Origin: an uncultured Actinomycetes bacterium
GTDB taxonomy: Bacteria > Actinomycetota > UBA4738 > HRBIN12
Length of the DNA: 64,000 bases
Direction: 5' to 3'
NCBI GenBank assembly: GCA_963704725.1
Contig: OY969934.1
Span: 2,176,001 to 2,240,000, forward strand
The notes beneath the pieces were generated by a model. It saw nothing but the letters and a program-made list of their open reading frames with translations. It was not told the origin of the DNA and ran no database searches. The translations under genes and the position numbers were made by a program. Positions 20,619 through 29,408 of the stretch are shown here, piece after piece. The stretch's first letter is position 1, and every line of letters begins with the position of its first letter.

Positions 20619-21970
20619 GAGCCGCGGTGTGCCGCGAGCGCCCGGTCGACCAGAGCCTCGGCGCTGCCGAGGTAGCCGGAGGGATCGAGGAGCTCCCCGA
20701 TCGCGTGCGCCGAGAGCTGCGCCGAGACCTCCGGGCTCCGCTCGAGGACCTCCGCGAACGGCCGCCCCTGCGAGACGGCGAGCGCGCTCGCGTCCTCGAC
20801 GAGCCGGTGCGCCTCGAGGCGGCCGAGGGCGGGGGCAAGCGCGGACACCACCCGCTCGGCGAGCAGCAGCCCTCCCGTCCGATCGAGGTTCGCGCGCATC
20901 GTCGACGCGTCCACCTGTAGGTGCTCGAGGCAGTCCCGGAGCCACGCCGCCGCGGACCCCACCGAGATCAGCAGGGTGCCGAGGGGAAGCCATTCGGCGT
21001 GCCACGCGCCCGCCGCGCGCTCGTGCTCCGGCGAGGCGGCCGCCAGGATCGTCGACACGAGCCCCGGCGCCTGCCGGGCGCACGCGATCGCGCTCACCGC
21101 GGCGATGGGGTTCCGCTTGTGCGGGAGCGTGGACGATCCGCCCCGGCCCGGCGCGCCCTCGCGCACCTCTCCCACCTCGGTCTGTGCCAGCAGGACGACG
21201 TCGCCGGCAGCCTTGCCGATCGCGCCGGCGGCCTCGCCCAGCGCACCGGCGACCTCGGAGACCCGCGTGCGGTCGGTGTGCCAGGGCAGGATCGGGTGCG
21301 CCAGCCCCAGCTCGTCGGCGAACGCGGCCGCCACCGCGGGCCCGGACTCACCGAGGGAGGCGAGCGTGCCGGCCGCGCCACCGAGCTGGGCCGCCAGCCG
21401 CCGGTCGCGCACCGACGTCAGGCGCTCGGCCGCCTCGTCGAGGGCCACCATCCACCCGGCGGCCTTCAGCCCGAACGTCGTCGGGAGCGCCTGCTGCAGC
21501 AGCGTCCGAGCCGCCATCGGCGTGGCGCGATGCCGGTCCGCCTGGTCGGCCGCGGCGTCGGCGGCCGCCCGCAGGTCGTCCAGGAGCGGCTCGAGGCTGC
21601 GGCGGACGACCAGCATCGCGGCGGTGTCCATCACGTCCTGGCTCGTCAGGCCCCGATGGACGTGCCGCGCCGCCGAGCCCCCCACGGCCTCGGTCAGCGC
21701 GGCGACGAGTGGGACGACCGGGTTGCCGTCGTCCGCGGCCTGCCGGCCGATCGCCCCGACGTCGAACGCCTCGGCGCGGCAGGCCCGGGCGATCGCCTCG
21801 GCGTCCTCGGCCGGAGCGAGACCCACCCGCGCCAGGGCCCGGGCGAGCGCCGCCTCGGCGTCGAGCATCGCCTGGAGCCACGCGCGATCGCCGGCCTCGT
21901 GGCGAACCCGGCCGCGGGCCAGGACGCCCTCGAACAGGCCGCCCTCAGAGGTCGAAGAAGACGGTCTCAC
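20615..21970 (-). CDS. pcaB: 3-carboxy-cis,cis-muconate cycloisomerase
   Basis: Fumarase superfamily signature 'GGSSTLPHKRNP', 'HRGLTSQD', 'EHERAAGAWHAEW'. Confidence 0.92.
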   Translation of the reverse strand: MRPSSSTSEGGLFEGVLARGRVRHEAGDRAWLQAMLDAEAALARALARVGLAPAEDAEAIARACRAEAFDVGAIGRQAADDGNPVVPLVAALTEAVGGSAARHVHRGLTSQDVMDTAAMLVVRRSLEPLLDDLRAAADAAADQADRHRATPMAARTLLQQALPTTFGLKAAGWMVALDEAAERLTSVRDRRLAAQLGGAAGTLASLGESGPAVAAAFADELGLAHPILPWHTDRTRVSEVAGALGEAAGAIGKAAGDVVLLAQTEVGEVREGAPGRGGSSTLPHKRNPIAAVSAIACARQAPGLVSTILAAASPEHERAAGAWHAEWLPLGTLLISVGSAAAWLRDCLEHLQVDASTMRANLDRTGGLLLAERVVSALAPALGRLEAHRLVEDASALAVSQGRPFAEVLERSPEVSAQLSAHAIGELLDPSGYLGSAEALVDRALAAHRGS

Positions 21971-22487
21971 CGTCGCCCTGCAGCCGGATGTCGAACCGGT
22001 ACCCGTCCTCGCTCCGCCGAGCCAGGAGCGTCTCGCGGCGCGAGGGATCGACGGCGTCCAGGACGGGATCGGACGCGTTCGCCGCCTCCTCGTCCTCGAA
22101 GTAGATCCGAGTCGCAGCCCGCTTGAGGAGCCCGCGGGCGAAGACCGAGACGTCGACGTGGGGCGCCTGCACGACGCCGTTCGGTCCCGCCAGCCGGCCG
22201 GGCTTCACCGTCAGGATCCCCCACTCGCCCGCCGGGTCGGTCGAGGCCCGCCCGAACCCCCGGAAGGGTCCCGTCGCCGGCGCGTCGGGGAACCGGCCGT
22301 CCGCGTCGGCCTGCCACGTCTCGACCATCGCGTCGGGCACGGGTTCGCCGGCGCCGTCAAGGACGCGACCGCGGATCCACAGCGCTCCGGTCGCGCCCTC
22401 CGCGACGACGTGGGGACCTGCCGGCCACGGCAGGCCGATGGCGAAGAAGGGCCCCACCGTCTGCGACGGCGTGCGCCCCGCGCTCAA
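21945..22487 (-). CDS. pcaG: Protocatechuate 3,4-dioxygenase alpha subunit
   Basis: 'TPSQTVGPFF', 'ETWQADADG', 'QAPHVDVSVFARGLL', 'DIRLQGDGETVFFDL'; TTG start overlapping pcaH stop. Confidence 0.92.
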   Translation of the reverse strand: MSAGRTPSQTVGPFFAIGLPWPAGPHVVAEGATGALWIRGRVLDGAGEPVPDAMVETWQADADGRFPDAPATGPFRGFGRASTDPAGEWGILTVKPGRLAGPNGVVQAPHVDVSVFARGLLKRAATRIYFEDEEAANASDPVLDAVDPSRRETLLARRSEDGYRFDIRLQGDGETVFFDL

Positions 22488-23212
22488 CCGTCGCCGTCCC
22501 GCTCGAAGGGGGTCGAGGCTCGGCCCCCCACGACGATGTCGAACTCGAAGCCCAGCGCCCACTCCGGGACCGTCTCGGACAGGTCGAACCGAGAGATCAG
22601 CCGGCTTCGCGCCGCGGGGTCCGGGATCGAGTTGAAGATCGGGTCCTGCCCGAAGAGCGGATCGTCCGGGAAGTACATCTGCGTGACGAGGCGCTGCGTG
22701 AAGTTGCGCCCGAACACGGAGAAGTGCACGTGGGCCGGCCGCCAGGCGTTCGCGTGGTTGCGCCACGGGTACGCCCCCGGCCTGATCGTCACGAACCGGA
22801 ACCGGCCCTCGTCGTCCGTGACGCATCGGCCCGCTCCCGTGAAGTTCGGATCGAGCGGTGCCGGGTGGTTGTCGCCGTCGTGGCGGTACCGCCCGGCCGC
22901 GTTCGCCTGCCACACCTCCACGAGCGACCGGCGGATGGGCCGCCCGTCCGGACCCAGGAGCGTGCCGTGCACGATGATCCGCTGCCCCTGGGGCTCGCCC
23001 CCATGCCCGGCCGTGAGGTCGTGGTCGAGCTCGCCGACCCGGTCGTATCCGAGGAGCGGACCGCCCAGCGCCGCGAGATGGTCGGGCATGGCAACCAGCG
23101 GCCGCAGCGGGGCCCGCAGCCGAGTCGCCACGTAGTCGGGGTACAGGTACGGGGGATCGACGTCGGCGACGTCGGCCGCCTCGATCGCTCGAGCGGCGGG
23201 CTCTGGCGGCAT
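22484..23212 (-). CDS. pcaH: Protocatechuate 3,4-dioxygenase beta subunit
   Basis: 'EVWQANAAGRYRH', 'DPNFTGAGR', 'PGAYPWRNH.NAWRPAHVHFS', 'TQMYF'. Confidence 0.95.
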   Translation of the reverse strand: MPPEPAARAIEAADVADVDPPYLYPDYVATRLRAPLRPLVAMPDHLAALGGPLLGYDRVGELDHDLTAGHGGEPQGQRIIVHGTLLGPDGRPIRRSLVEVWQANAAGRYRHDGDNHPAPLDPNFTGAGRCVTDDEGRFRFVTIRPGAYPWRNHANAWRPAHVHFSVFGRNFTQRLVTQMYFPDDPLFGQDPIFNSIPDPAARSRLISRFDLSETVPEWALGFEFDIVVGGRASTPFERDGDG

Positions 23213-23277
23213 GAGCGAAGCCCTCCTTCACAGCGGAGCGCACGTTCGCGAGCCTACAGGGGCTCCGATGTCCGCGG

Positions 23278-23328
23278 AACGTAGAGGGCGGCATGTTCGT
23301 CTGTCAAGCGGATGTTCGCGTGGCGGAC
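23278..23328 (-). promoter_or_regulatory. pcaH promoter with PcaR-type box
   Basis: Minus-strand TTGACA (23302-23307), 18 bp spacer, TACGTT (23278-23283); box GTTCGC-GTG-GCGGAC 23314-23328. Confidence 0.7.
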
Positions 23329-23451
23329 GCCACGGCCCACCGGCCGGGCAGGCCGAACCGGGCCCTCGTCCGTAGTACGGGAGCGGCGCAGCCGGGCGCC
23401 GCCGGCCGGTACAGCCGGATCGCGGGTCAAACCGCTCGACGAGGAGGTTCC

Positions 23452-24564
23452 ATGCGCAGACGCGTCCTCTCGCTGCTCTCGGTCCTGTGTCTCCTGGCGC
23501 TCGCGACGCTCGGATCCACCGCCGCCGCAAGCTCGCGGCACGACCCGTCGGCCGCCCGGCACCGGCGCGGCTACCGCGTCTCGGACCTCGTCTCCGACGT
23601 GGCCGGCGAGGCCCGCCACCTCGACCCCGATCTCGTGAACGCCTGGGGGCTCGCCGCGGGGCCCACCTCGCCGTGGTGGGTGTCCGACAACCACGCGGAC
23701 GTCTCGACGATCTACGACGGCGCGGGCACCGTCTCGGACCTCGTGGTCGGGGTGGACGGCGGCGTCACCGGGCTGGTCTTCAACGGCGGGACCGACTTCG
23801 TGGTCGAGAACGGCATCTACTCGGGACCCTCGATCTTCCTGTTCGACACCGAGGCCGGGACGATCGTCGGCTGGAACCCGGGCGTTCCACCACCCTCGCC
23901 CTCGACGTCGAGCTTCGTCGTGGCGGACCGTTCGAACGTCGGCGCGATCTACAAGGGCCTCGCCATCGCCTCGACGGCGGACGGTGACTTCCTGTATGCG
24001 GCCGACTTCCACAACGCGCGGGTCGACATGTTCGACGGCGACTTCACCCTCGTCAGCGACGACACCACGTTCGTCGATCCCGACATCCCCGACGGCTTCG
24101 CCCCCTTCGGCATCCAGAACATCGACGGGACGATCTTCGTCGCGTACGCCAAGCAGGACGCCGCCGCGGAGGACGAGGAGGCGGGCGCTGGACTCGGCTA
24201 CGTCGACATGTTCGGCACCGACGGGGCGTTCCTGGGACGTGTCGCGTCGCAGGGCACCCTGAACGCGCCGTGGGGGCTGGCCATGGCGCCGGCCGACTTC
24301 GGCCGTTTCAGCGGCGACCTGCTCGTGGGCAACTTCGGCGACGGACGGATCCACGCCTATCGTGCCGCGGCCGGCGGGGCGTTCATGCACGCCGGAGCGC
24401 TTCGGGCCCGCAACGGGCACCCGGTCACGATCGACGGGCTGTGGGCGCTCGAGTTCGGCACGGGCGACGTGGCCGGTCCGACGAACGCTCTGTACTTCAC
24501 CGCGGGGCCCCAAAACGAGACGCACGGACTGTTCGGCAAGATCGTCGCGGTCCCGCGCTCCTGA
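23452..24564 (+). CDS. TIGR03118-family secreted beta-propeller protein
   Basis: Signal peptide; 'DPDLVNAWGL', 'PWWVSDN', 'YKGLAI', 'LNAPWGLA', 'LLVGNFGDG', 'IDGLWAL', 'LYFTAGP'; RBS GAGGAGG. Confidence 0.85.
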   Translation: MRRRVLSLLSVLCLLALATLGSTAAASSRHDPSAARHRRGYRVSDLVSDVAGEARHLDPDLVNAWGLAAGPTSPWWVSDNHADVSTIYDGAGTVSDLVVGVDGGVTGLVFNGGTDFVVENGIYSGPSIFLFDTEAGTIVGWNPGVPPPSPSTSSFVVADRSNVGAIYKGLAIASTADGDFLYAADFHNARVDMFDGDFTLVSDDTTFVDPDIPDGFAPFGIQNIDGTIFVAYAKQDAAAEDEEAGAGLGYVDMFGTDGAFLGRVASQGTLNAPWGLAMAPADFGRFSGDLLVGNFGDGRIHAYRAAAGGAFMHAGALRARNGHPVTIDGLWALEFGTGDVAGPTNALYFTAGPQNETHGLFGKIVAVPRS

Positions 24565-24574
24565 GGACGCGCCG

Positions 24575-24604
24575 GGGGGACACGCCCGGTGCGGCGTGTC
24601 CCCC
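24575..24604. terminator. GC-rich hairpin after TIGR03118 gene
   Basis: GGGGGACACGCC-N6-GGCGTGTCCCCC inverted repeat between convergent genes. Confidence 0.6.
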
Positions 24605-24743
24605 ACGCGTTCGGGCTCTTCGGGAAGATCGAGGCCGCGGCTTGAGACGTTCGGGAGAGCGGAGCTCGCGGCGCGCGAGGCGGGTTCGCCCGCTTCCGGG
24701 AGCCCCGCTCACCCGCCCGCGTTCCCGGCCGGCGCCTCGGGCG

Positions 24744-25334
24744 CTACACCCACAGGAGGGCGACGGAGGCCACGAGGAGAACGGCGAGCGCGACGCTCAC
24801 ACCTCGACGCCTCCGTTCGTCCTCGATCACACGGCCGAGGGCGGCCCCGCCCGCCGCCCAGATCGAGGCCGACACGAGGACGACCACCATGAGCGTGCCG
24901 GTGAGCAGGATGACGCCGACGAGCCGAGGCAGCGCACGCGGCAGGAACGTGCCAACCGCGGCGACGGCGAAGATCCACGCCTTCGGGTTGACCCACTGGA
25001 ACACGACGGCCCGCGGCACGGTGAGCGGGCGGGACACGTTCGCCCGTCCCACGGCGCCGCTCTCCAGGACCAGGTACGCCACGTACAGCAGATAGGCAGA
25101 GCCCACGACCTTGAGGACGAGCTCGGCCGCGGGCACGGCGTCGAGGAGGACGCCGATGCCGGTCGCCACGCCGATCACGAGCCCGCCGATCCCGAGCGCC
25201 GTCCCCACGACGTGCGGCATCGTCCGGCCGAACCCGAACCGGAGTCCCGAGGCCCACAGCACCGCGTTGTTCGGGCCGGGCGACACCGAGCCCACGAAGG
25301 CGAAGCCCACGAGCGCCGCGAGCTCGCTCACCAT
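24744..25334 (-). CDS. LysE/RhtB family translocator
   Basis: 'SPGPNN', 'FQWVNPKAW', hydrophobic helices. Confidence 0.88.
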   Translation of the reverse strand: MVSELAALVGFAFVGSVSPGPNNAVLWASGLRFGFGRTMPHVVGTALGIGGLVIGVATGIGVLLDAVPAAELVLKVVGSAYLLYVAYLVLESGAVGRANVSRPLTVPRAVVFQWVNPKAWIFAVAAVGTFLPRALPRLVGVILLTGTLMVVVLVSASIWAAGGAALGRVIEDERRRRGVSVALAVLLVASVALLWV

Positions 25335-25407
25335 CGGGGGCGGGATCGACGTGCCATCGCCACCATCAAAGGACGGGCGGCCCGGGGCGGTCTTGTACGA
25401 TCCTCGC

Positions 25408-26211
25408 GTGGTGGCCGCCCCCCGCGAGTGGGTCCACGCATGGAAGCCGGCGGTCCCCGGCATCCAGGAGGTGTTCCACGCGCGGTTCGTCGATCACGCC
25501 TATCCCCCGCACACGCACGACGCCTGGACCGTGTTCATCGTCGACGAGGGTGCGATCCGCTACGACCTCGAGACTCGGCACCGGGGGGCGGCGGGACCGC
25601 GCGTGACGCTCCTGCCGCCGAACGTCGTGCACGACGGGCGACCGGCCGGCACCGCCGGGTTCCGCAAGCGCGTGCTGTACGTGGGGACCGACGTCCTCGG
25701 GGAAGAGCTGGTCGGCCCGGCCGTGGACGATCCCGACCTCGAGGACCGCGCGCTCCTTCGATGGATCCGGGCCCTCCACCGCGCGTTGCGGGACCCCAAG
25801 GACGCGTTCCGGGCCGAGGCGACGCTCGCCCTCGTGGCCGGGCGGATCCAGGCGCATCTCGGCAAGCCCGGCGCGACGTCGTTCGAGCGGTCCGAGGACG
25901 AGATCGCGACCGACCTCAGGGATCTCCTCGACGAGCACCGCTTCGAGCCGCTGACGCTGGCCGAGGCGGGGCGGATCCTGCACGTCTCGCCGGCGCATCT
26001 GGTGCGGTGCTTCACCCGAGCGTTCGGCATCGCGCCGCACCGCTACATGGTGGCGCGCCGCATCGAGGCCGCGCGGCGGCGCCTCCTCGAGGGCGAGCCC
26101 GTGGCGGAGGTCGCGGCGAGCGTGGGATTCCACGACCAGGCGCACCTCACGCGGCACTTCCGCCGCCACGTGGGGACCACGCCCGGTCGGTACCCGTCCA
26201 GGCCCGCGTGA
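25408..26211 (+). CDS. AraC family transcriptional regulator
   Basis: Cupin 'YPPHTHD...HDG'; HTH 'FGIAPHRY...VGFHDQAHLTRHF'; divergent from LysE; start approximate. Confidence 0.88.
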   Translation: MVAAPREWVHAWKPAVPGIQEVFHARFVDHAYPPHTHDAWTVFIVDEGAIRYDLETRHRGAAGPRVTLLPPNVVHDGRPAGTAGFRKRVLYVGTDVLGEELVGPAVDDPDLEDRALLRWIRALHRALRDPKDAFRAEATLALVAGRIQAHLGKPGATSFERSEDEIATDLRDLLDEHRFEPLTLAEAGRILHVSPAHLVRCFTRAFGIAPHRYMVARRIEAARRRLLEGEPVAEVAASVGFHDQAHLTRHFRRHVGTTPGRYPSRPA

Positions 26212-26231
26212 CCGGGAGCCGGGGCGTCGCG

Positions 26232-27020
26232 ATGACCTCGGAACGAGCCCGCGTCGCGCGCGAGCTCGCGCTCGGCGGCTGCGTCGCCGCGACCGAGGAG
26301 GCCGACGCGCTGCTCCGGGCATCGGGTGAGGGCGTCGGTCCGATCGAGGAGCTCGTCGCCCGGAGGCTCCGTGGGGAGCCGCTGGCGTGGATCACCGGAT
26401 GGGTTCGGTTCTGCGACCTCGCGATCCGCGTCGATCCCGGGGTGTTCGTGCCGAGACCGCACTCGGAGACGTTGGCTCGCCGGGCGGCGTCGCTGCTCCC
26501 GGCCGCCGGGATCGCCGTCGACCTGTGCACCGGTAGCGGCGCCGTGGCCGCCGTCCTGCGCTCGGCGCGACCGCGGTCAACGGTGGCCGGCACCGACGTC
26601 GATCCCGTCGCGGTCGCCTGTGCGGGCCGCAACGGCGTGCGCGCGCTCCTCGGCGATCTCGACGCGCCGTTGCCGCGGTCATGGCGGGGGCGGATCGACG
26701 TCGTGACCGCCGTGGCCCCCTACGTACCCACGGAGGAGCTCCACCTGCTCCCCCGGGACGTGCTCGCCCACGAACCCCGGCACGCGCTCGACGGCGGGCC
26801 GGGCGGGACGGCGATGCTCGCGCGGGCCGTCGATGCCGCGGCTCGATGGCTACGCCCCGGCGGCACCATGATCCTGGAGATCGGCGGCGATCAGGCAGAG
26901 GCGCTGAAGGTGCGCATGCAGGAGATCGGGCTCTCCGAGATCCGCGTGCACCGCGACGACGACGGGCGGGATCTCGCGATGGAGGCACTCCGTCCCGCCG
27001 CGTTCACGAGGGGACGGTGA
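26232..27020 (+). CDS. PrmC/HemK-related SAM methyltransferase
   Basis: 'RRLRGEPLAWITG', 'GVFVPRP', 'VDLCTGSG', 'APYVP', 'EPRHALDGG'. Confidence 0.82.
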   Translation: MTSERARVARELALGGCVAATEEADALLRASGEGVGPIEELVARRLRGEPLAWITGWVRFCDLAIRVDPGVFVPRPHSETLARRAASLLPAAGIAVDLCTGSGAVAAVLRSARPRSTVAGTDVDPVAVACAGRNGVRALLGDLDAPLPRSWRGRIDVVTAVAPYVPTEELHLLPRDVLAHEPRHALDGGPGGTAMLARAVDAAARWLRPGGTMILEIGGDQAEALKVRMQEIGLSEIRVHRDDDGRDLAMEALRPAAFTRGR

Positions 27021-27033
27021 CCGCGCAAGGGCT

Positions 27034-27083
27034 CGGTCCCGTCGGTGGGGCGGCCGGATGACCGCGTCCCACCGACGGGACCG
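27034..27083. terminator. Hairpin between convergent genes
   Basis: CGGTCCCGTCGGTGGG (27034-27049) / CCCACCGACGGGACCG (27068-27083), perfect 16-bp inverted repeat. Confidence 0.65.
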
Positions 27084-27097
27084 TCGCCGGTCGAGCG

Positions 27098-27766
27098 CTA
27101 CGGGGCGATCACGTTCAATGCGGCGGCGGGCTGCGCCAGCGGCTCGGGCTCTCCCAGGAACCGGGACGCGAGGTAGGGACTGAGATACGGCATGCGCGGG
27201 TCGACGATCCGCCCGTTCACCTCCTGGAGCCCGAGCGAGGCCAGGTACGACTCGCGCAGGCCCGGGAACTGCGCGAACAGCAGGTCCTGCGTCCCGCCGG
27301 ATCCGACCAGGTAGGCGGGGTTCGCGACGAAGAGCCGACCGAGCGGACCGAGCATGGTCGGGTTGTTCCGGAAGTACGCGAGGTAGGGGCTGGGCTCATG
27401 CTCCCCTCCCGCCGCGTTGCCGGCGAGGACGTCGCGGGCCACGTCCGTGAACAGCGCCGCGCGCAGCTCCTGCCGGGTGACTCCGGCTGCGTACGCCTGC
27501 TCGGCCGCCGCCTGGAGCTGCCCCAGTGGCACGTCGGCCACGGCCAGAGATCCGAACTCCACCTGCCCGTCCCACCATCGCCCGTACGCCCTCATCTGTG
27601 CCTGCGACACCTCCGGGCGATCCGGCGCCGCGGCCTGGTCGAGCGCCGCCCCCCACGCCGGGGCGGCCTGCATGACCGTGAGCCCGAGGAACGCCAGCAC
27701 CACCGCGCCGGCGATGCGTCGGGAGACTCCGGTCTTCGGACCCGATGCCTCGTTCGATCTCTGCAT
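27098..27766 (-). CDS. Hypothetical secreted protein
   Basis: Strong RBS (AAGGAGAAGGAG), signal peptide ending 'APAWG-A', coding-like composition; no recognised family. Confidence 0.7.
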   Translation of the reverse strand: MQRSNEASGPKTGVSRRIAGAVVLAFLGLTVMQAAPAWGAALDQAAAPDRPEVSQAQMRAYGRWWDGQVEFGSLAVADVPLGQLQAAAEQAYAAGVTRQELRAALFTDVARDVLAGNAAGGEHEPSPYLAYFRNNPTMLGPLGRLFVANPAYLVGSGGTQDLLFAQFPGLRESYLASLGLQEVNGRIVDPRMPYLSPYLASRFLGEPEPLAQPAAALNVIAP

Positions 27767-27783
27767 CTCCTTCTCCTTTCTGT

Positions 27784-28836
27784 TCACGGCGATCCGTTCG
27801 GCGCCGGCCCCGTGCTGACGTGGAGCTCGACGCTCGCCCCGGCCGTCACCTCGACGCCCGCCGCGGGCTGCTGGGAGGTGACCAGCCCCGCCGGGACCTC
27901 CTCCGACGGCTCGAGGGTGACGGTCACGGCCAGTCCGAGGTCGGCCAGGATCGCCCGGGCCTCGGCCGGCGACAGGCCGGCGACGTTGGGCACCAGGGTC
28001 ACGACCGGCTGCGCGGTCGCGCCTCCCGGCGGCTCCGGGTCGGGGAAGGCGTTGGCCCGGATGAACGGGGTGCAGGTCACCGTCGCCTCCGCCGCGTCCC
28101 CGATCGTGGAATCGTCCTCGAGGGGCACCTCGCCCACCTCGCCCACCGCGGCGCCCGCGAAGGACGCGCTGCCGAGGAGCCGGCCGTTCGCGCTCCACAC
28201 GGCCGCCGTGCACGCCTGCGCGCCGAGCTGCAGGCCCTCGGGGACCTCGGGCACCTCCACGTCGTACCGGATCGACAGGTGATCGCCGGCGTCCACGATG
28301 CGCGCGTTGGCGATCGCCACCGCGACCGGGGCGTCGAGACGTCCGGGCTCGCACGAGCCCGTGGCCGTCGCCCCCTCGATCGGGGCATCGACCGGCGCGA
28401 CCATGGGGCCCGACCGGCCCTGGGACAGCGCGGTGAGCTCGAACGAGAGCGAGCCGATCTGCGAACCCGACGCGGCGAAGACCCTGAGCTCGCACGGATG
28501 CACCCCCGGGTACGCCGCGGTGGACCATCGGGGGATGAAGGTCACGTCGGCCCGGGTCGGGTCGGCCTCCCCGGTCGCGGGATCGAGGTGGGGCGCCACC
28601 TGGAACTCGGACAGCACGTACGTCTGCGATCCGGTCGAGCCGGGCGTTCCCTCCCCCGGCTGGAGCGCGGTCCACGCGAACCAGCCCGCCGCCGCGAACA
28701 GGCCGAGCGCGACGAACCCCGCGGACAGCTGCCGGGTCCGGCGTCGGCGCTCGACGCGACGCTCCACCGATCGTTGGTCCCCGCGCGGCTCGAACGAGCC
28801 GACCGCCTCCTTCAGCAGATCCTGGACGTCAGGCAT
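27784..28836 (-). CDS. Single-pass membrane protein with C-terminal PASTA domain; putative anti-sigma factor
   Basis: Basic 'RRVERRRRTR' + TM; PASTA 'VPNVAGLSPAEARAILADLGL...VPAGLVTSQQPAAG...VELHVSTG'; overlaps the ECF stop. Confidence 0.75.
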   Translation of the reverse strand: MPDVQDLLKEAVGSFEPRGDQRSVERRVERRRRTRQLSAGFVALGLFAAAGWFAWTALQPGEGTPGSTGSQTYVLSEFQVAPHLDPATGEADPTRADVTFIPRWSTAAYPGVHPCELRVFAASGSQIGSLSFELTALSQGRSGPMVAPVDAPIEGATATGSCEPGRLDAPVAVAIANARIVDAGDHLSIRYDVEVPEVPEGLQLGAQACTAAVWSANGRLLGSASFAGAAVGEVGEVPLEDDSTIGDAAEATVTCTPFIRANAFPDPEPPGGATAQPVVTLVPNVAGLSPAEARAILADLGLAVTVTLEPSEEVPAGLVTSQQPAAGVEVTAGASVELHVSTGPAPNGSP

Positions 28837-29314
28837 CGTCGTCACCCCCATAGCGTTCGCGCAGGCTGAGACGGGCGCGGTGGAGCCGCCCCCGGACCGA
28901 CGCCGCCTCGATCCCGAGGATCCTGCCGGCCTCCTCGGCCGAGTATCCGAGCCACTCGACGAGCACGAGCGCCTCACGCTGGGCTCGAGGGATCGAGCGG
29001 ATGGCCCGGAGCAGGTCGAGGCGGCGATCGGTGGCCTCCGTCTCCTCGGAGGGCTCGCGCAGCACCTGCCGGCGCGCGGCCATGGCCAACCGCCGCACCG
29101 CATTCCGATGCAGGTTCAGGGCCGTCCGGTAGAGGTACCCCTCGGGGTCCTCCATCGCCGAGACCCGGTCCCACCGCTCGAGGACCCTGGCCATGGCCTC
29201 CTGGGCCAGGTCCTCGCCCTCGGCCGCGCTCCCCGTGAGCAGCAGGCACGCCCGCGCCAGGCGTCGGTACCGCTCCGCGAAGAAGTCGCCGAAGGCCGGT
29301 GCCTCACTGGTCAT
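28829..29314 (-). CDS. ECF RNA polymerase sigma factor (SigE-like)
   Basis: Region 2 'EGEDLAQEAMAR...PEGYLYRTALN'; region 4 'PRAQREALVL...EEAGRILGI...SVRGRLHRAR'; start 29314 or 29338. Confidence 0.88.
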   Translation of the reverse strand: MTSEAPAFGDFFAERYRRLARACLLLTGSAAEGEDLAQEAMARVLERWDRVSAMEDPEGYLYRTALNLHRNAVRRLAMAARRQVLREPSEETEATDRRLDLLRAIRSIPRAQREALVLVEWLGYSAEEAGRILGIEAASVRGRLHRARLSLRERYGGDDDA

Positions 29315-29408
29315 GGGCAGAGTCTGCAGGGCCTGCACGACTCATGAACACACTGGGCGGCCGTTCCGTTCGGGTCGCCCCCGGAACGGTCGGCCCGCCC
29401 GCGCAGGA

